A stretch of DNA of 32,000 nucleotides, taken from positions 3,112,987 through 3,144,986 of the forward strand of contig NZ_CP151762.1 of NCBI RefSeq assembly GCF_038443675.1. Direction: 5' to 3'. The position numbers were made by a program, and so were the translations under genes. Below are positions 8,783-17,693 of the stretch, piece by piece. The DNA comes from Yoonia algicola. GTDB lineage: Bacteria > Pseudomonadota > Alphaproteobacteria > Rhodobacterales > Rhodobacteraceae. Position 1 is the stretch's first letter, and the number at the start of each line of letters is the position of its first letter. The notes below the pieces were generated by a model. It saw only the letters and a list, made by a program, of their open reading frames with translations, made no database searches and was not told where the DNA came from.

Positions 8783-9061
8783 ATGGCTCGTTCCGTATGG
8801 AAAGGCCCCTTTGTGGATGCCTACGTCTTGAAAAAGGCAGAAGCATCGCGCGAAAGCGGCCGCAACGAAGTGATCAAGATCTGGTCGCGTCGTTCGACAA
8901 TCCTGCCTCAGTTCGTTGGTCTCACCTTTGGTGTGTACAACGGCAAGAAGCACATCCCTGTTAACGTTAGCGAAGACATGATTGGTCAGAAGTTTGGTGA
9001 ATATTCGCCAACGCGGACCTACTACGGTCACGCCGCTGACAAAAAAGCGAAGCGGAAATAA
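8783..9061 (+). CDS. rpsS: 30S ribosomal protein S19
   Basis: 92 aa. It contains [12 protein letters not shown] and GHAADKK. Confidence 0.99.
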   Translation: MARSVWKGPFVDAYVLKKAEASRESGRNEVIKIWSRRSTILPQFVGLTFGVYNGKKHIPVNVSEDMIGQKFGEYSPTRTYYGHAADKKAKRK

Positions 9062-9064
9062 GCC

Positions 9065-9445
9065 ATGAGCAAGGATAAGAATCCCCGCCGCGTGGCCGAT
9101 AACGAAGCAATGGCAAAACTGCGCATGCTCCGTACGTCCCCGCAAAAGCTGAACCTCGTTGCTGGCCTGATCCGCGGCAAGAAAGTCGAGCAGGCGCTGA
9201 CTGACCTGACTTTCTCCAAAAAGCGGATTTCGGACGACGTGAAGAAGTGCCTTCAGTCGGCCATCGCCAACGCCGAGAACAACCACAACCTTGACGTCGA
9301 TGAACTGGTCGTCGCAGAGGCCTATGTCGGCAAGAACCTGACCATGAAGCGCGGTCGCCCTCGGGCCCGTGGCCGTTTTGGTAAGATCATCAAGCCGTTT
9401 GCAGAGATCACCATCAAGGTGCGTCAAGTTGAGGAGCAATCATAA
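9065..9445 (+). CDS. rplV: 50S ribosomal protein L22
   Basis: 126 aa. It contains [19 protein letters not shown]. Confidence 0.98.
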   Translation: MSKDKNPRRVADNEAMAKLRMLRTSPQKLNLVAGLIRGKKVEQALTDLTFSKKRISDDVKKCLQSAIANAENNHNLDVDELVVAEAYVGKNLTMKRGRPRARGRFGKIIKPFAEITIKVRQVEEQS

Positions 9446-10146
9446 TGGGTAACAAAGTAAACCCGATCGGTATGCGTCTTCAGGTCAACCGCACCTGGGA
9501 TAGCCGCTGGTACGCTGATACCAAAGACTATGGCGACCTTCTGCTGGAAGACCTCAAGATCAAGGCTTTCATCAAGAAAGAATGCGCACAGTCTGGCGTC
9601 AGCCGCGTGATCATCGAACGTCCGCACAAAAAGTGCCGCGTCACGATCCACGCAGCCCGTCCTGGTGTGATCATCGGCAAGAAAGGTGCAGACATCGAAG
9701 GTCTGCGCAAGAAGCTTGCTGCTCTGACCGCATCCGAGCTGCACCTGAACATCGTTGAAGTCCGCAAGCCAGAACTTGACGCAGCCTTGGTTGCCGAAAG
9801 CATTGGCCAGCAGCTTGAGCGCCGTGTGTCTTTCCGTCGCGCAATGAAGCGTGCGGTTCAGAACGCCATGCGCATGGGCGCCCTGGGTATCCGGGTCAAC
9901 CTTGCCGGTCGTCTGGGCGGTGCTGAAATTGCACGGACAGAATGGTACCGCGAAGGTCGTGTGCCGCTGCACACGCTGCGCGCCGACATCGACTATGCAC
10001 TGTATGAGGCAATGACGCCTTATGGGATCATCGGCATCAAGGTTTTCATCTACAAAGGTGAGATCATGGAGCACGATCCGTCAGCGCACGACCGCAAACA
10101 TGCTGAGCTGCAAGAGGGCGCTGTCCCTCGCGGCCCACGTCGCTAA
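9445..10146 (+). CDS. rpsC: 30S ribosomal protein S3
   Basis: 233 aa. It contains [24 protein letters not shown] and a KH domain. Confidence 0.99.
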   Translation: MGNKVNPIGMRLQVNRTWDSRWYADTKDYGDLLLEDLKIKAFIKKECAQSGVSRVIIERPHKKCRVTIHAARPGVIIGKKGADIEGLRKKLAALTASELHLNIVEVRKPELDAALVAESIGQQLERRVSFRRAMKRAVQNAMRMGALGIRVNLAGRLGGAEIARTEWYREGRVPLHTLRADIDYALYEAMTPYGIIGIKVFIYKGEIMEHDPSAHDRKHAELQEGAVPRGPRR

Positions 10147-10159
10147 GGGAACTGAGTAA

Positions 10160-10573
10160 ATGCTACAGCCAAAGCGTACAAAACACCGCAAGCTGCACAA
10201 AGGCCGTATCCGTGGTGAAGCAAAGGGCGGGTCTGACCTGAACTTTGGCACCTACGGCCTGAAGGCGGTTGAGCCTGAGCGTATCACTGCGCGTCAGATC
10301 GAAGCTGCACGTCGTGCCATGACGCGTCACATGAAGCGTCAGGGCCGTGTCTGGATCCGTATTTTCCCGGACACACCAGTGACATCCAAGCCCGTCGAAG
10401 TGCGTATGGGTAAGGGTAAAGGTTCCATCGATTTCTGGGCATGCAAGGTCAAGCCAGGCCGCGTGATGTTCGAAATCGACGGCGTGACCGAAGTGGTCGC
10501 ACGCGAGGCCCTGCGCCTTGCCGCGATGAAGCTGCCTATCAAGACACGGACCGTGGTTCGCGAAGATTGGTAA
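10160..10573 (+). CDS. rplP: 50S ribosomal protein L16
   Basis: 137 aa. It contains [16 protein letters not shown] and [11 protein letters not shown]. Confidence 0.99.
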   Translation: MLQPKRTKHRKLHKGRIRGEAKGGSDLNFGTYGLKAVEPERITARQIEAARRAMTRHMKRQGRVWIRIFPDTPVTSKPVEVRMGKGKGSIDFWACKVKPGRVMFEIDGVTEVVAREALRLAAMKLPIKTRTVVREDW

Positions 10574-10654
10574 ACCGTTAAATCCGTAGGATTTGACGGG
10601 GTGCGGTGTAGCGAATTTGCGAAGCAAACTCGCGGGCCGCACACAGTAGAGATT

Positions 10655-10690
10655 AAAAGCCCCCGCTGAAAGATTGGCGGGGGCTTTTCT
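10655..10690 (+). terminator. Rho-independent terminator after rplP
   Basis: aaaaGCCCCCGCtgaaagattgGCGGGGGCttttc, a perfect 8-bp GC stem with A/T extension. Confidence 0.75.
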
Positions 10691-10740
10691 TTGGTTAGTG
10701 AGATAGTGATAACTGGGCCATAAGAACTCAGGAGGTTTCA

Positions 10741-10974
10741 ATGACATTTACAATGGTCGGACGCTTTATCGCTAAAACTGCAATCGTATTGGCAGCTCTG
10801 CGGATTGCCACAGCACTCTTGGTTATTTTCAGTGATGACCCGATCGTCGCAGCATCGAGTCTTCTAGGCTCGCAGACAACGGGCGAGGCAATCGATCAGG
10901 CGGTATATGTCGTGATTTTTGCGATATGCTTAGGTGTCCTCACAGATATCAGCCGCGCTGTTCAGCGCGACTAA
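10741..10974 (+). CDS. Small hypothetical membrane protein (77 aa, two hydrophobic helices)
   Basis: A strong AGGAGG SD lies 5 nt upstream. There are two hydrophobic segments (AKTAIVLAALRIATALLVIF; AVYVVIFAICLGVLT). I recognise no family. Confidence 0.5.
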   Translation: MTFTMVGRFIAKTAIVLAALRIATALLVIFSDDPIVAASSLLGSQTTGEAIDQAVYVVIFAICLGVLTDISRAVQRD

Positions 10975-11059
10975 ATTAAACGGAATTTCGCAACCGTACC
11001 GCCCGGCTTGCCGGGCAGCGCCCACCCCGAGGTCCGGTCGCTGCCCTCTGTTGCGGGTA

Positions 11060-11680
11060 TCACCCCCAACTATAATTAAAGCTCACCGAAATCCGTTCTT
11101 CCTCGGACATATTCATCGGCACCTCGTGCCGTAGCCAGCTTTCCCATAGCAGCACATCGCCGACCTCGGGCTTGGCATAGAAGAACGTGCGCAACTCGTC
11201 GCGCGCATCTTTCACGCGGGTAGGGGCGGCCATCATCATCGCAAGACGGGGGTCTTCGAATTTGATCGCACTCGCACCATCGGGCATGGCGACGTAGGTC
11301 GTGCCGCTGATCACCGAATGGGGGTGGATGTGGCTGGTGTGGATGCCGCCTTCGGGCAGGATATTGATCCAGATGTCCTCGAGTTGCAGTTTCTTGTCGC
11401 CAAGGTCGAACTGCACATCTTTGGCGAATGCCGCGACATGGGCGTCGAGCACTTTCACCAGATCGGCAAAGATTGGGAACCGCCACGGCAGGTCGGAAAG
11501 CGAGGCGTAGGAGGTATAGCCTGCATAGCCGTTTGCCTCGCACCAGTCCTGGCCGGCTTCATCATCATCGGCGATGACAAGGCAAGAGTTCTCTAGCTCG
11601 GCTGCGTTGATGGGATCGCCAAGCTCAGAGAGTTTGGCGTGATAAAGACGGGTCGCGAAGAGGGATTTGATTTGGGTCAT
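11060..11680 (-). CDS. 2OG-Fe(II) oxygenase superfamily protein, TIGR02466/PF13759-like
   Basis: 206 aa. The pattern WINILPEGGIHTSHIHPHSVISGTTYVAMP...FEDPR...GDVLLWESWLRHEVPMN...RISVSFNY matches this family's His-rich cupin core. It is convergent with rplP. Confidence 0.75.
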   Translation of the reverse strand: MTQIKSLFATRLYHAKLSELGDPINAAELENSCLVIADDDEAGQDWCEANGYAGYTSYASLSDLPWRFPIFADLVKVLDAHVAAFAKDVQFDLGDKKLQLEDIWINILPEGGIHTSHIHPHSVISGTTYVAMPDGASAIKFEDPRLAMMMAAPTRVKDARDELRTFFYAKPEVGDVLLWESWLRHEVPMNMSEEERISVSFNYSWG

Positions 11681-11853
11681 GGGATGCTCTTAGCGGATGC
11701 GGTTCGGCAGGGCGAGTGCAAGATGTGGTTGAGATAGGTTTCATGCCGTCCTGGACCGGATCCGGTACCTCTTGCTGGCGGCAATGTCAGAGGTCCCGGA
11801 TCAAGTCCGGGACGCCATGCTGTGACAAGCTGCTACTCTTTGTCCACAAGGGG

Positions 11854-11882
11854 TTGCTTTGTGTGTCGTTGGGGTCTAAACG
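11854..11882 (+). promoter_or_regulatory. Candidate promoter for rpmC operon (TTGCTT-N16-CTAAAC)
   Basis: gggTTGCTTtgtgtgtcgttggggtCTAAACgg. It is weaker than the CTATAC promoters. The same -10 (CTAAAC) occurs upstream of rpsM. Confidence 0.35.
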
Positions 11883-11962
11883 GCGCACTTCTACCCCCAC
11901 TCCATCGGGAATCGGGTGACGTGTTGCACGGCCCGCCGGTGATGTTGAAAAAGGAAAATGGC

Positions 11963-12169
11963 ATGAACGCCAACGAACTGCGGGATAAAACGCCCGATCA
12001 GCTCCGTGAAGAGCTGGTGAACCTGAAAAAAGAATCCTTCAATCTGCGCTTTCAGCAGGCCACTGGTCAGCTCGAAAACACAGCAGGCATCCGTGCGGCC
12101 CGCCGCAATGCCGCGAAGGTCAAAACAATTCTGAACGAAAAGGCCGCTGCTGCGGCATCGGAGGCTTAA
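11963..12169 (+). CDS. rpmC: 50S ribosomal protein L29
   Basis: [31 protein letters not shown] is the L29 N-terminus. The start is placed at ATG 11963 (AAGGAAA SD). The track ORF from 11822 is an in-frame upstream extension. Confidence 0.95.
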   Translation: MNANELRDKTPDQLREELVNLKKESFNLRFQQATGQLENTAGIRAARRNAAKVKTILNEKAAAAASEA

Positions 12170-12172
12170 TCC

Positions 12173-12403
12173 ATGCCTAAGCGTATCCTGCAAGGGGTTG
12201 TGACAAGCAACCAGAACGCCCAGACCGTCACAGTGTCGGTTGAGCGCCGTTTCAAGCACCCGCTGCTTCAGAAAACTGTTCGTAAGTCCAAGAAATATCG
12301 GGCCCACGATGAGCAGAACTCTTTCAACGTAGGCGATACAGTCCGCATTCAGGAATGTGCCCCTAAATCGAAAACCAAACGCTGGGAGGTTATTGCTTCT
12401 TAA
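12173..12403 (+). CDS. rpsQ: 30S ribosomal protein S17
   Basis: 76 aa. It contains [27 protein letters not shown]. Confidence 0.98.
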   Translation: MPKRILQGVVTSNQNAQTVTVSVERRFKHPLLQKTVRKSKKYRAHDEQNSFNVGDTVRIQECAPKSKTKRWEVIAS

Positions 12404-12484
12404 GCAATAGCACCCGGTTCAAACGAAACCCTGGGCCCCCGGACGGAAATCGGGACTTGCTCATAGGTCGGAAAAGGAAACCAA

Positions 12485-12853
12485 ATGATCCAGATGCAGA
12501 CCAATCTGGATGTTGCTGACAACAGCGGCGCTCGCCGTGTTCAGTGCATCAAGGTTCTGGGTGGTTCTCACCGTCGTTACGCCAGTGTTGGAGACATCAT
12601 TGTTGTTTCGGTGAAAGAGGCCATTCCACGCGGTCGCGTAAAGAAAGGTGACGTCCGTAAGGCCGTCGTCGTACGCACCGCCAAAGAAGTTCGCCGCGAC
12701 GATGGCACCGCCATCCGTTTTGATAGCAACGCTGCTGTCATCCTCAACAACAACAACGAGCCGATCGGTACACGTATCTTTGGGCCGGTTGTTCGTGAGT
12801 TGCGCGCGAAAAACTTCATGAAAATCATCTCGCTTGCTCCGGAGGTGCTGTAA
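12485..12853 (+). CDS. rplN: 50S ribosomal protein L14
   Basis: 122 aa. It contains [27 protein letters not shown]. Confidence 0.99.
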   Translation: MIQMQTNLDVADNSGARRVQCIKVLGGSHRRYASVGDIIVVSVKEAIPRGRVKKGDVRKAVVVRTAKEVRRDDGTAIRFDSNAAVILNNNNEPIGTRIFGPVVRELRAKNFMKIISLAPEVL

Positions 12854-12855
12854 CT

Positions 12856-13161
12856 ATGGCTGCGAAACTCCGCAAAGGTGACAATGTCGTCGTTCTGGCT
12901 GGCAAGGACAAAGGCAAGACTGGTTCTATCACCAGCATTGACCCCAAATCCGGCAAAGCCATCGTGGACGGTATCAACATTGCGATCCGTCACACAAAGC
13001 AATCTCAGGCAACACAGGGTGGCCGCACGCCAAAGGCGATGCCGATCCAACTGTCGAACCTGGCAATCGTTGACAGCAATGGCAAAGCAACGCGCGTTGG
13101 CTTCCGCATGGATGGCGACAACAAAGTGCGTTTCGCCAAGACAACAGGGGATGCGATCTAA
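12856..13161 (+). CDS. rplX: 50S ribosomal protein L24
   Basis: 101 aa. It contains [19 protein letters not shown] (KOW motif). Confidence 0.98.
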   Translation: MAAKLRKGDNVVVLAGKDKGKTGSITSIDPKSGKAIVDGINIAIRHTKQSQATQGGRTPKAMPIQLSNLAIVDSNGKATRVGFRMDGDNKVRFAKTTGDAI

Positions 13162-13724
13162 TGCTTGATACAGCAAACTATACCCCGCGTCTGAAGGACC
13201 TTTATGCATCGACCATCCGTGCGTCGATGAAAGAAGAGTTCGGCTACAAAAACGAGATGCAGATCCCGCGTTTGGACAAAATCGTTCTGAACATCGGCTG
13301 TGGTGCAGAAGCTGTCCGTGACAGCAAGAAAGCAAAAACCGCACAGGAAGATCTGACAACAATCGCTGGTCAGAAGGCCATGACAACACACGCTAAGAAA
13401 TCAATCGCTGGTTTCCGCGTACGTGAAGACATGCCACTGGGTGCAAAGGTAACTTTGCGCGGCGATCGTATGTACGAATTTCTTGACCGTCTGATCACTG
13501 TTGCAATGCCACGTATCCGCGACTTCCGCGGTGTATCCGGCAAATCATTCGACGGCCGCGGCAACTATGCCACCGGCATCAAAGAGCACCTGATCTTCCC
13601 GGAAATCAACTTCGACAAGATCGATGAGAACTGGGGCATGGACATCGTGATCTGCACAACAGCGAACACTGACGCTGAAGCAAAGGCACTGTTGAAAGCT
13701 TTCAACATGCCATTCAACAGCTGA
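13161..13724 (+). CDS. rplE: 50S ribosomal protein L5
   Basis: 187 aa. It contains [11 protein letters not shown] and [17 protein letters not shown]. Confidence 0.99.
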   Translation: MLDTANYTPRLKDLYASTIRASMKEEFGYKNEMQIPRLDKIVLNIGCGAEAVRDSKKAKTAQEDLTTIAGQKAMTTHAKKSIAGFRVREDMPLGAKVTLRGDRMYEFLDRLITVAMPRIRDFRGVSGKSFDGRGNYATGIKEHLIFPEINFDKIDENWGMDIVICTTANTDAEAKALLKAFNMPFNS

Positions 13725-13737
13725 GGGGAAATTAGAT

Positions 13738-14043
13738 ATGGCTAAGAAATCCATGATCGCACGCGAAGTGAAGCGTGAAAAGCTGGTCAAGCAGTATGCC
13801 GAAAAGCGTGCCGCCTTGAAGGCAATCATCAACAACAAAGAGATCGCGGTAGAAGAGCGGTTCAAGGCAACTCTTGAACTTGCAAAACTGCCCCGGAACT
13901 CCTCTGCAACGCGTTTGCACAACCGTTGCCAGCTCACCGGGCGTCCACACGCCTATTACCGCAAACTCAAGATCAGCCGGATCGCGCTGCGGGACCTTGG
14001 TTCCAATGGCGAAATCCCCGGCATGGTCAAGTCGAGCTGGTAA
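13738..14043 (+). CDS. rpsN: 30S ribosomal protein S14 (long, non-zinc form)
   Basis: 101 aa. It contains [17 protein letters not shown] and the C-terminal IPGMVKSSW. Confidence 0.98.
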   Translation: MAKKSMIAREVKREKLVKQYAEKRAALKAIINNKEIAVEERFKATLELAKLPRNSSATRLHNRCQLTGRPHAYYRKLKISRIALRDLGSNGEIPGMVKSSW

Positions 14044-14055
14044 GGAGAATTTGAT

Positions 14056-14448
14056 ATGAACGATCCTATCGGTGATATGCTCACACGTATCCGTAACGGC
14101 CAGATGCGCGGCAAAGCGTCGGTGGAAACACCTGCGTCAAAACTGCGCGGTTGGGTGTTGGACGTGTTGGCTGACGAAGGCTATATTCGCGGTTACGAAA
14201 AGAAGGATGGCAAAGACGGCCACCCTGCTTTCTCGATCGAATTGAAGTATTACGAGGGTGACCCGGTCATTCGCGAAGTGAAGCGGGTTTCCAAGCCTGG
14301 CCGTCGCGTTTATCTGGGCGCACATGACATCCCAACAGTCCGTCAGGGCCTGGGTGTGTCGATTGTCTCCACCTCGCAAGGTGTGATGTCGGATGCAAAA
14401 GCACGCAGCGCCAATATTGGCGGCGAAGTGCTCTGCACTGTATTCTAA
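14056..14448 (+). CDS. rpsH: 30S ribosomal protein S8
   Basis: 130 aa. It contains [15 protein letters not shown]. Confidence 0.99.
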   Translation: MNDPIGDMLTRIRNGQMRGKASVETPASKLRGWVLDVLADEGYIRGYEKKDGKDGHPAFSIELKYYEGDPVIREVKRVSKPGRRVYLGAHDIPTVRQGLGVSIVSTSQGVMSDAKARSANIGGEVLCTVF

Positions 14449-14457
14449 GGGGATATC

Positions 14458-14991
14458 ATGTCTCGTATTGGTAAAAAACCGGTTGAGCTGCCATCAGGCG
14501 TTACCGCCTCTGTGTCAGGTCAAACCGTTGAAGTGAAAGGCCCCAAAGGGACCCGGAGTTTCAAAGCGACTGATGACGTCACCATCACAGTGGATGGTAA
14601 TGTTGTGACTGTTGAACCACGCGGCAAATCCAAGCGCGCGCGCCAGCAGTGGGGCATGAGCCGCACAATGGTGGCAAACTTGGCAACTGGCGTATCCGAA
14701 GGCTTCAAGAAAGAGCTTGAGCTGTCGGGTGTTGGTTACCGTGCACAGATGCAGGGCAATACCCTGAAGCTGTCATTGGGCTACAGCCACGATGTTAACT
14801 TTGAAGTGCCTGAAGGTGTCACGGTGACATCTGCAAAGCCGACCGAAATTCTTGTCGAAGGTATCGACGAGCAGCAGGTTGGTCAGGTTGCGGCGAATAT
14901 TCGCGCTTGGCGTAAGCCCGAGCCCTACAAGGGCAAAGGGATTAAGTACAAAGGCGAATATATCTTCCGCAAAGAAGGTAAGAAGAAGTAA
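14458..14991 (+). CDS. rplF: 50S ribosomal protein L6
   Basis: 177 aa. It contains MSRIGKKPV and [11 protein letters not shown]. Confidence 0.99.
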   Translation: MSRIGKKPVELPSGVTASVSGQTVEVKGPKGTRSFKATDDVTITVDGNVVTVEPRGKSKRARQQWGMSRTMVANLATGVSEGFKKELELSGVGYRAQMQGNTLKLSLGYSHDVNFEVPEGVTVTSAKPTEILVEGIDEQQVGQVAANIRAWRKPEPYKGKGIKYKGEYIFRKEGKKK

Positions 14992-15002
14992 GGAACGCGA
15001 TT

Positions 15003-15368
15003 ATGGCAAACAGCAAGAGACAACTGTTTCTGAAGCGCCGCATGCGCGTTCGGAACAAACTTCGTGGCGTCACAGCCAACCAGGGCCGTGCACGTCTTTC
15101 GGTTCACCGCTCGAACAAGAACATCAGCGCCCAGCTGATCGACGACGTCAACGGCGTGACACTCGCGTCCGCTTCGTCGCTCGAAAAGGATCTTGGCGTT
15201 GTGGGCAAGAACAACATCGAAGCCGCTTCCAAAGTGGGCGCTGCAATTGCAGAGCGCGCCAAGAAAGCCGGTGTTGAGGTTGCTTACTTTGACCGTGGCG
15301 GTTTCCTCTTTCACGGCAAGATCAAGGCTTTGGCCGATGCTGCCCGTGAAGGTGGTTTGAAGATCTAA
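15003..15368 (+). CDS. rplR: 50S ribosomal protein L18
   Basis: 121 aa. It contains [18 protein letters not shown] and [23 protein letters not shown]. Confidence 0.98.
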   Translation: MANSKRQLFLKRRMRVRNKLRGVTANQGRARLSVHRSNKNISAQLIDDVNGVTLASASSLEKDLGVVGKNNIEAASKVGAAIAERAKKAGVEVAYFDRGGFLFHGKIKALADAAREGGLKI

Positions 15369-15377
15369 GAAAGGTGT

Positions 15378-15428
15378 GTCGGGGAAAACCCCGACCTACC
15401 AACTCTTGTAGGCCGGGGTTCTCCCCGG
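15378..15428. repeat. REPIN-like element inside the rplR-rpsE spacer
   Basis: Sequence is GTCGGGGaaaaCCCCGACCTAC-caactctt-GTAGGCCGGGGttctCCCCGG. It belongs to the same family as 6363-6405. Confidence 0.75.
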
Positions 15429-15500
15429 CTTCGATGATCCGGGGCACATGCTACCGCGATTGGATAACGCCCTCGGGCAAGAATACAAAGGACGCCATCA

Positions 15501-16082
15501 ATGGCAGAACGTGATAACAACCGGGGCGGCCGCGGCCGCCGTGAAGAGCAAGCACCAGAGTTTGCCGACCGTCTGGTCGCAATCAACCGTGTTTCCAAAA
15601 CAGTTAAAGGCGGTAAGCGCTTTGGCTTCGCAGCACTTGTTGTTGTTGGTGACCAAAAAGGTCGCGTTGGCTTTGGCAAAGGTAAAGCCAAGGAAGTTCC
15701 AGAAGCGATCCGCAAAGCCACCGAGCAAGCCAAGCGCCAGATGATCCGTGTCGCATTGCGCGATGGCCGTACATTGCACCACGATATCGAGGGCCGTCAT
15801 GGTGCTGGTAAAGTGGTTATGCGCACAGCCCCACAAGGTACTGGTATCATTGCCGGTGGTCCAATGCGTGCTGTGTTTGAAATGTTGGGTGTGCAGGACG
15901 TTGTGTCCAAGTCCATCGGGTCGCAGAACCCCTACAACATGATCCGCGCCACAATGAACGGCCTGACCAAAGAGCAATCTCCCCGCAACGTCGCTCAGCG
16001 CCGTGGCAAAAAGGTTGCTGATATTCTGCCCAAGCGTGACGAGGCCCCAGCGGCCGAAGCACCTGCTGCAGCAGACGCTTAA
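15501..16082 (+). CDS. rpsE: 30S ribosomal protein S5
   Basis: 193 aa. It contains [27 protein letters not shown]. Confidence 0.99.
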   Translation: MAERDNNRGGRGRREEQAPEFADRLVAINRVSKTVKGGKRFGFAALVVVGDQKGRVGFGKGKAKEVPEAIRKATEQAKRQMIRVALRDGRTLHHDIEGRHGAGKVVMRTAPQGTGIIAGGPMRAVFEMLGVQDVVSKSIGSQNPYNMIRATMNGLTKEQSPRNVAQRRGKKVADILPKRDEAPAAEAPAAADA

Positions 16083-16095
16083 GGAGATTTGACAG

Positions 16096-16284
16096 ATGGC
16101 TAAAACAATCGTCGTCAAGCAGATCGGTTCTCCGATCCGCCGCCCCGCCAAACAGCGCGCAACGCTGATCGGTCTGGGCCTGAACAAAATGAACCGCACC
16201 AAAGAGCTGGAAGACACACCTTCCGTGCGTGGTATGGTGAACTCGATCAGCCACATGGTCGAGATCATCGAAGAAAAAGGTTAA
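16096..16284 (+). CDS. rpmD: 50S ribosomal protein L30
   Basis: 62 aa. It contains [25 protein letters not shown]. Confidence 0.98.
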   Translation: MAKTIVVKQIGSPIRRPAKQRATLIGLGLNKMNRTKELEDTPSVRGMVNSISHMVEIIEEKG

Positions 16285-16291
16285 GTCGGGA

Positions 16292-16313
16292 GTCGGGGTG
16301 AACCCCGACCTAC
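16292..16313. repeat. Single REP-like unit (GTCGGGGtgaaCCCCGACCTAC)
   Basis: It matches the left arm of the elements at 6363 and 15378. It is preceded by a partial duplicate GTCGGGA (16285-16291). Confidence 0.7.
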
Positions 16314-16326
16314 GGTTTGAAATGAA

Positions 16327-16359
16327 AGCGCCTCGCAGGAAACTGCGGGGCGTTTTTTT
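16327..16359 (+). terminator. Rho-independent terminator after rpmD
   Basis: CGCCTCGCAGgaaaCTGCGGGGCG followed by T7. Confidence 0.75.
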
Positions 16360-16502
16360 GTGCGGAATAGATATTTTGGCATGCGATTGCTGCATGGCGG
16401 CATTCGCAATGCTGCGGTTGCACAGTGACCTGCTGCGACCTAATTCTTTGGTAAGAGAACGGCCGCTTTTGCGGCACCCTAGAATTCAGAAGGCTAACAA
16501 GC

Positions 16503-16736
16503 ATGTCAATTACTACAAACACATTCGCGCCCGTAAAGTTGGGCGCACGTCTTTCAACAATGATCTCGGATCACTTTGCAGCGTTGAAACAGGCCCGCGC
16601 ACAAAAGGCCGTGTTTTTCGCAGTCAGAGCCCAGCTGAACCTTATGTCAGACCGTGATCTGGAAGATATCGGCATCAATCGTCTGCTGATTGACGATGTC
16701 GCCCGCGAAGCGGCGTTTGGCAAAGCTGAAGACTAG
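16503..16736 (+). CDS. DUF1127 (PF06568) small protein
   Basis: 77 aa. The C-terminal LMSDRDLEDIGINRLLIDDVARE is the DUF1127 signature (..SDR.L.DIGI.R..I). Confidence 0.8.
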   Translation: MSITTNTFAPVKLGARLSTMISDHFAALKQARAQKAVFFAVRAQLNLMSDRDLEDIGINRLLIDDVAREAAFGKAED

Positions 16737-16867
16737 TGTTCTGTAAGGTGGACGTTGATCCATCTGACGACCAGCAACGGAAGCGTTTCGCCGGTCACTA
16801 ACGCAGAATTAACCCGACTACAGCGAGCTCGCTAATCTGCCAGCATCTGCACATTTGTATGTACGGG

Positions 16868-16890
16868 TTGTGTACGCGCTGTGTACACAA
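16868..16890. promoter_or_regulatory. Inverted repeat TTGTGTAC-N7-GTACACAA (candidate operator)
   Basis: Perfect 8-bp arms, with extra TGTA(T/C) repeats on both sides. It lies ~100 nt upstream of the rplO promoter candidate. Confidence 0.3.
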
Positions 16891-16990
16891 TCTGTATGGC
16901 TCACCCCGCGGTTTTTCTACCGTCAAACCACAAACGGGGCCAAATGCCGTGAATCCATCACGTCGCTGCAATGTCTGTTGCATCTCCCAC

Positions 16991-17018
16991 TTGAACCACC
17001 CCAACCATCCGTCTATAC
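16991..17018 (+). promoter_or_regulatory. Sigma70-type promoter for rplO-secY-adk (TTGAAC-N16-CTATAC)
   Basis: cacTTGAACcaccccaaccatccgtCTATACGCC. This is the third copy of the CTATACGCC promoter type. Confidence 0.5.
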
Positions 17019-17116
17019 GCCACCAGTCGGTGGCACTCGCCCCCGACTCACAACTGTAACGCCGTGTTTGGCCGCTCCCGTCGCTGGGGGCCAATTCCGG
17101 CACAAGGAGAAGCGAC

Positions 17117-17590
17117 ATGAAACTGAATGAACTGTCTGACAACCCGGGCGCAACCAAATCCAAGCAGCGCGTTGGCCGTGGTGCAGGTTCCGGCAAAGGT
17201 AAGACCGGTGGCCGTGGTATCAAAGGTCAGAAATCACGTTCCGGCGTAGCGATCAAAGGCTATGAGGGCGGCCAGATGCCACTCTACCAGCGTCTGCCCA
17301 AGCGTGGCTTCAACAAGCCGAACCGCAAGGCATTTGCTGTGATCAACCTTGGCCTGATCCAGAAATTCATCGACGAAGGTAAGATCGACGCGAAAGCCGA
17401 CATCACTGAGGATGCACTGATCGCATCCGGTCTGGTGCGTCGTAAAAAGGACGGCATCCGCGTTCTTGCGAAAGGCGATTTCAAGGCCAAAGCAACGATC
17501 ACAGTCACAGGTGCCTCTAAGGGCGCTGTTGAAGCTGTCGAAAAAGCTGGCGGTTCACTGACCGTCACAACACCGGCAGCGGCTGAGTAA
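17117..17590 (+). CDS. rplO: 50S ribosomal protein L15
   Basis: 157 aa. It contains [34 protein letters not shown]. Confidence 0.99.
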   Translation: MKLNELSDNPGATKSKQRVGRGAGSGKGKTGGRGIKGQKSRSGVAIKGYEGGQMPLYQRLPKRGFNKPNRKAFAVINLGLIQKFIDEGKIDAKADITEDALIASGLVRRKKDGIRVLAKGDFKAKATITVTGASKGAVEAVEKAGGSLTVTTPAAAE

Positions 17591-17693
17591 GACCTTGTGA
17601 GCGACCCTTTGGTCGCTTACATACCTCTTCAAGTTTTCCCAAACGCCGCTGATCGGGGAACCGCAGCGGCGTTTCTTATGAAAAGAGACCCAT

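Noticed and set aside
11755-11770. Adjacent BamHI (GGATCC) and KpnI (GGTACC) sites lie within the palindrome ACCGGATCCGGTACC, reminiscent of a polylinker.
   Set aside because: No other vector-like sequence surrounds it. It is part of a natural-looking CCGGA-repeat/hairpin region upstream of the oxygenase gene, and 6-mers of this composition are expected by chance in a ~57% GC genome.
11822-11962. Several track ORFs carry upstream in-frame extensions: rpmC from 11822, rpsM from 19823, rpoA from 20827, crcB from 23761, rluC from 24006, HAD from 25201, aapJ from 26732, GNAT from 31319 and rarA TTG 22471.
   Set aside because: The extensions lack homology-like sequence, cross terminators or leaders, and ignore internal starts that have proper SD sequences and match the canonical N-termini. 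The starts were therefore moved downstream.
16377-16391. A sigma54-like element TGGCATgcgaTTGCT lies upstream of the DUF1127 gene.
   Set aside because: The GG and GC dinucleotides are separated by 9 nt rather than the strictly conserved 10 nt (GG-N10-GC), so it does not satisfy the RpoN promoter geometry.
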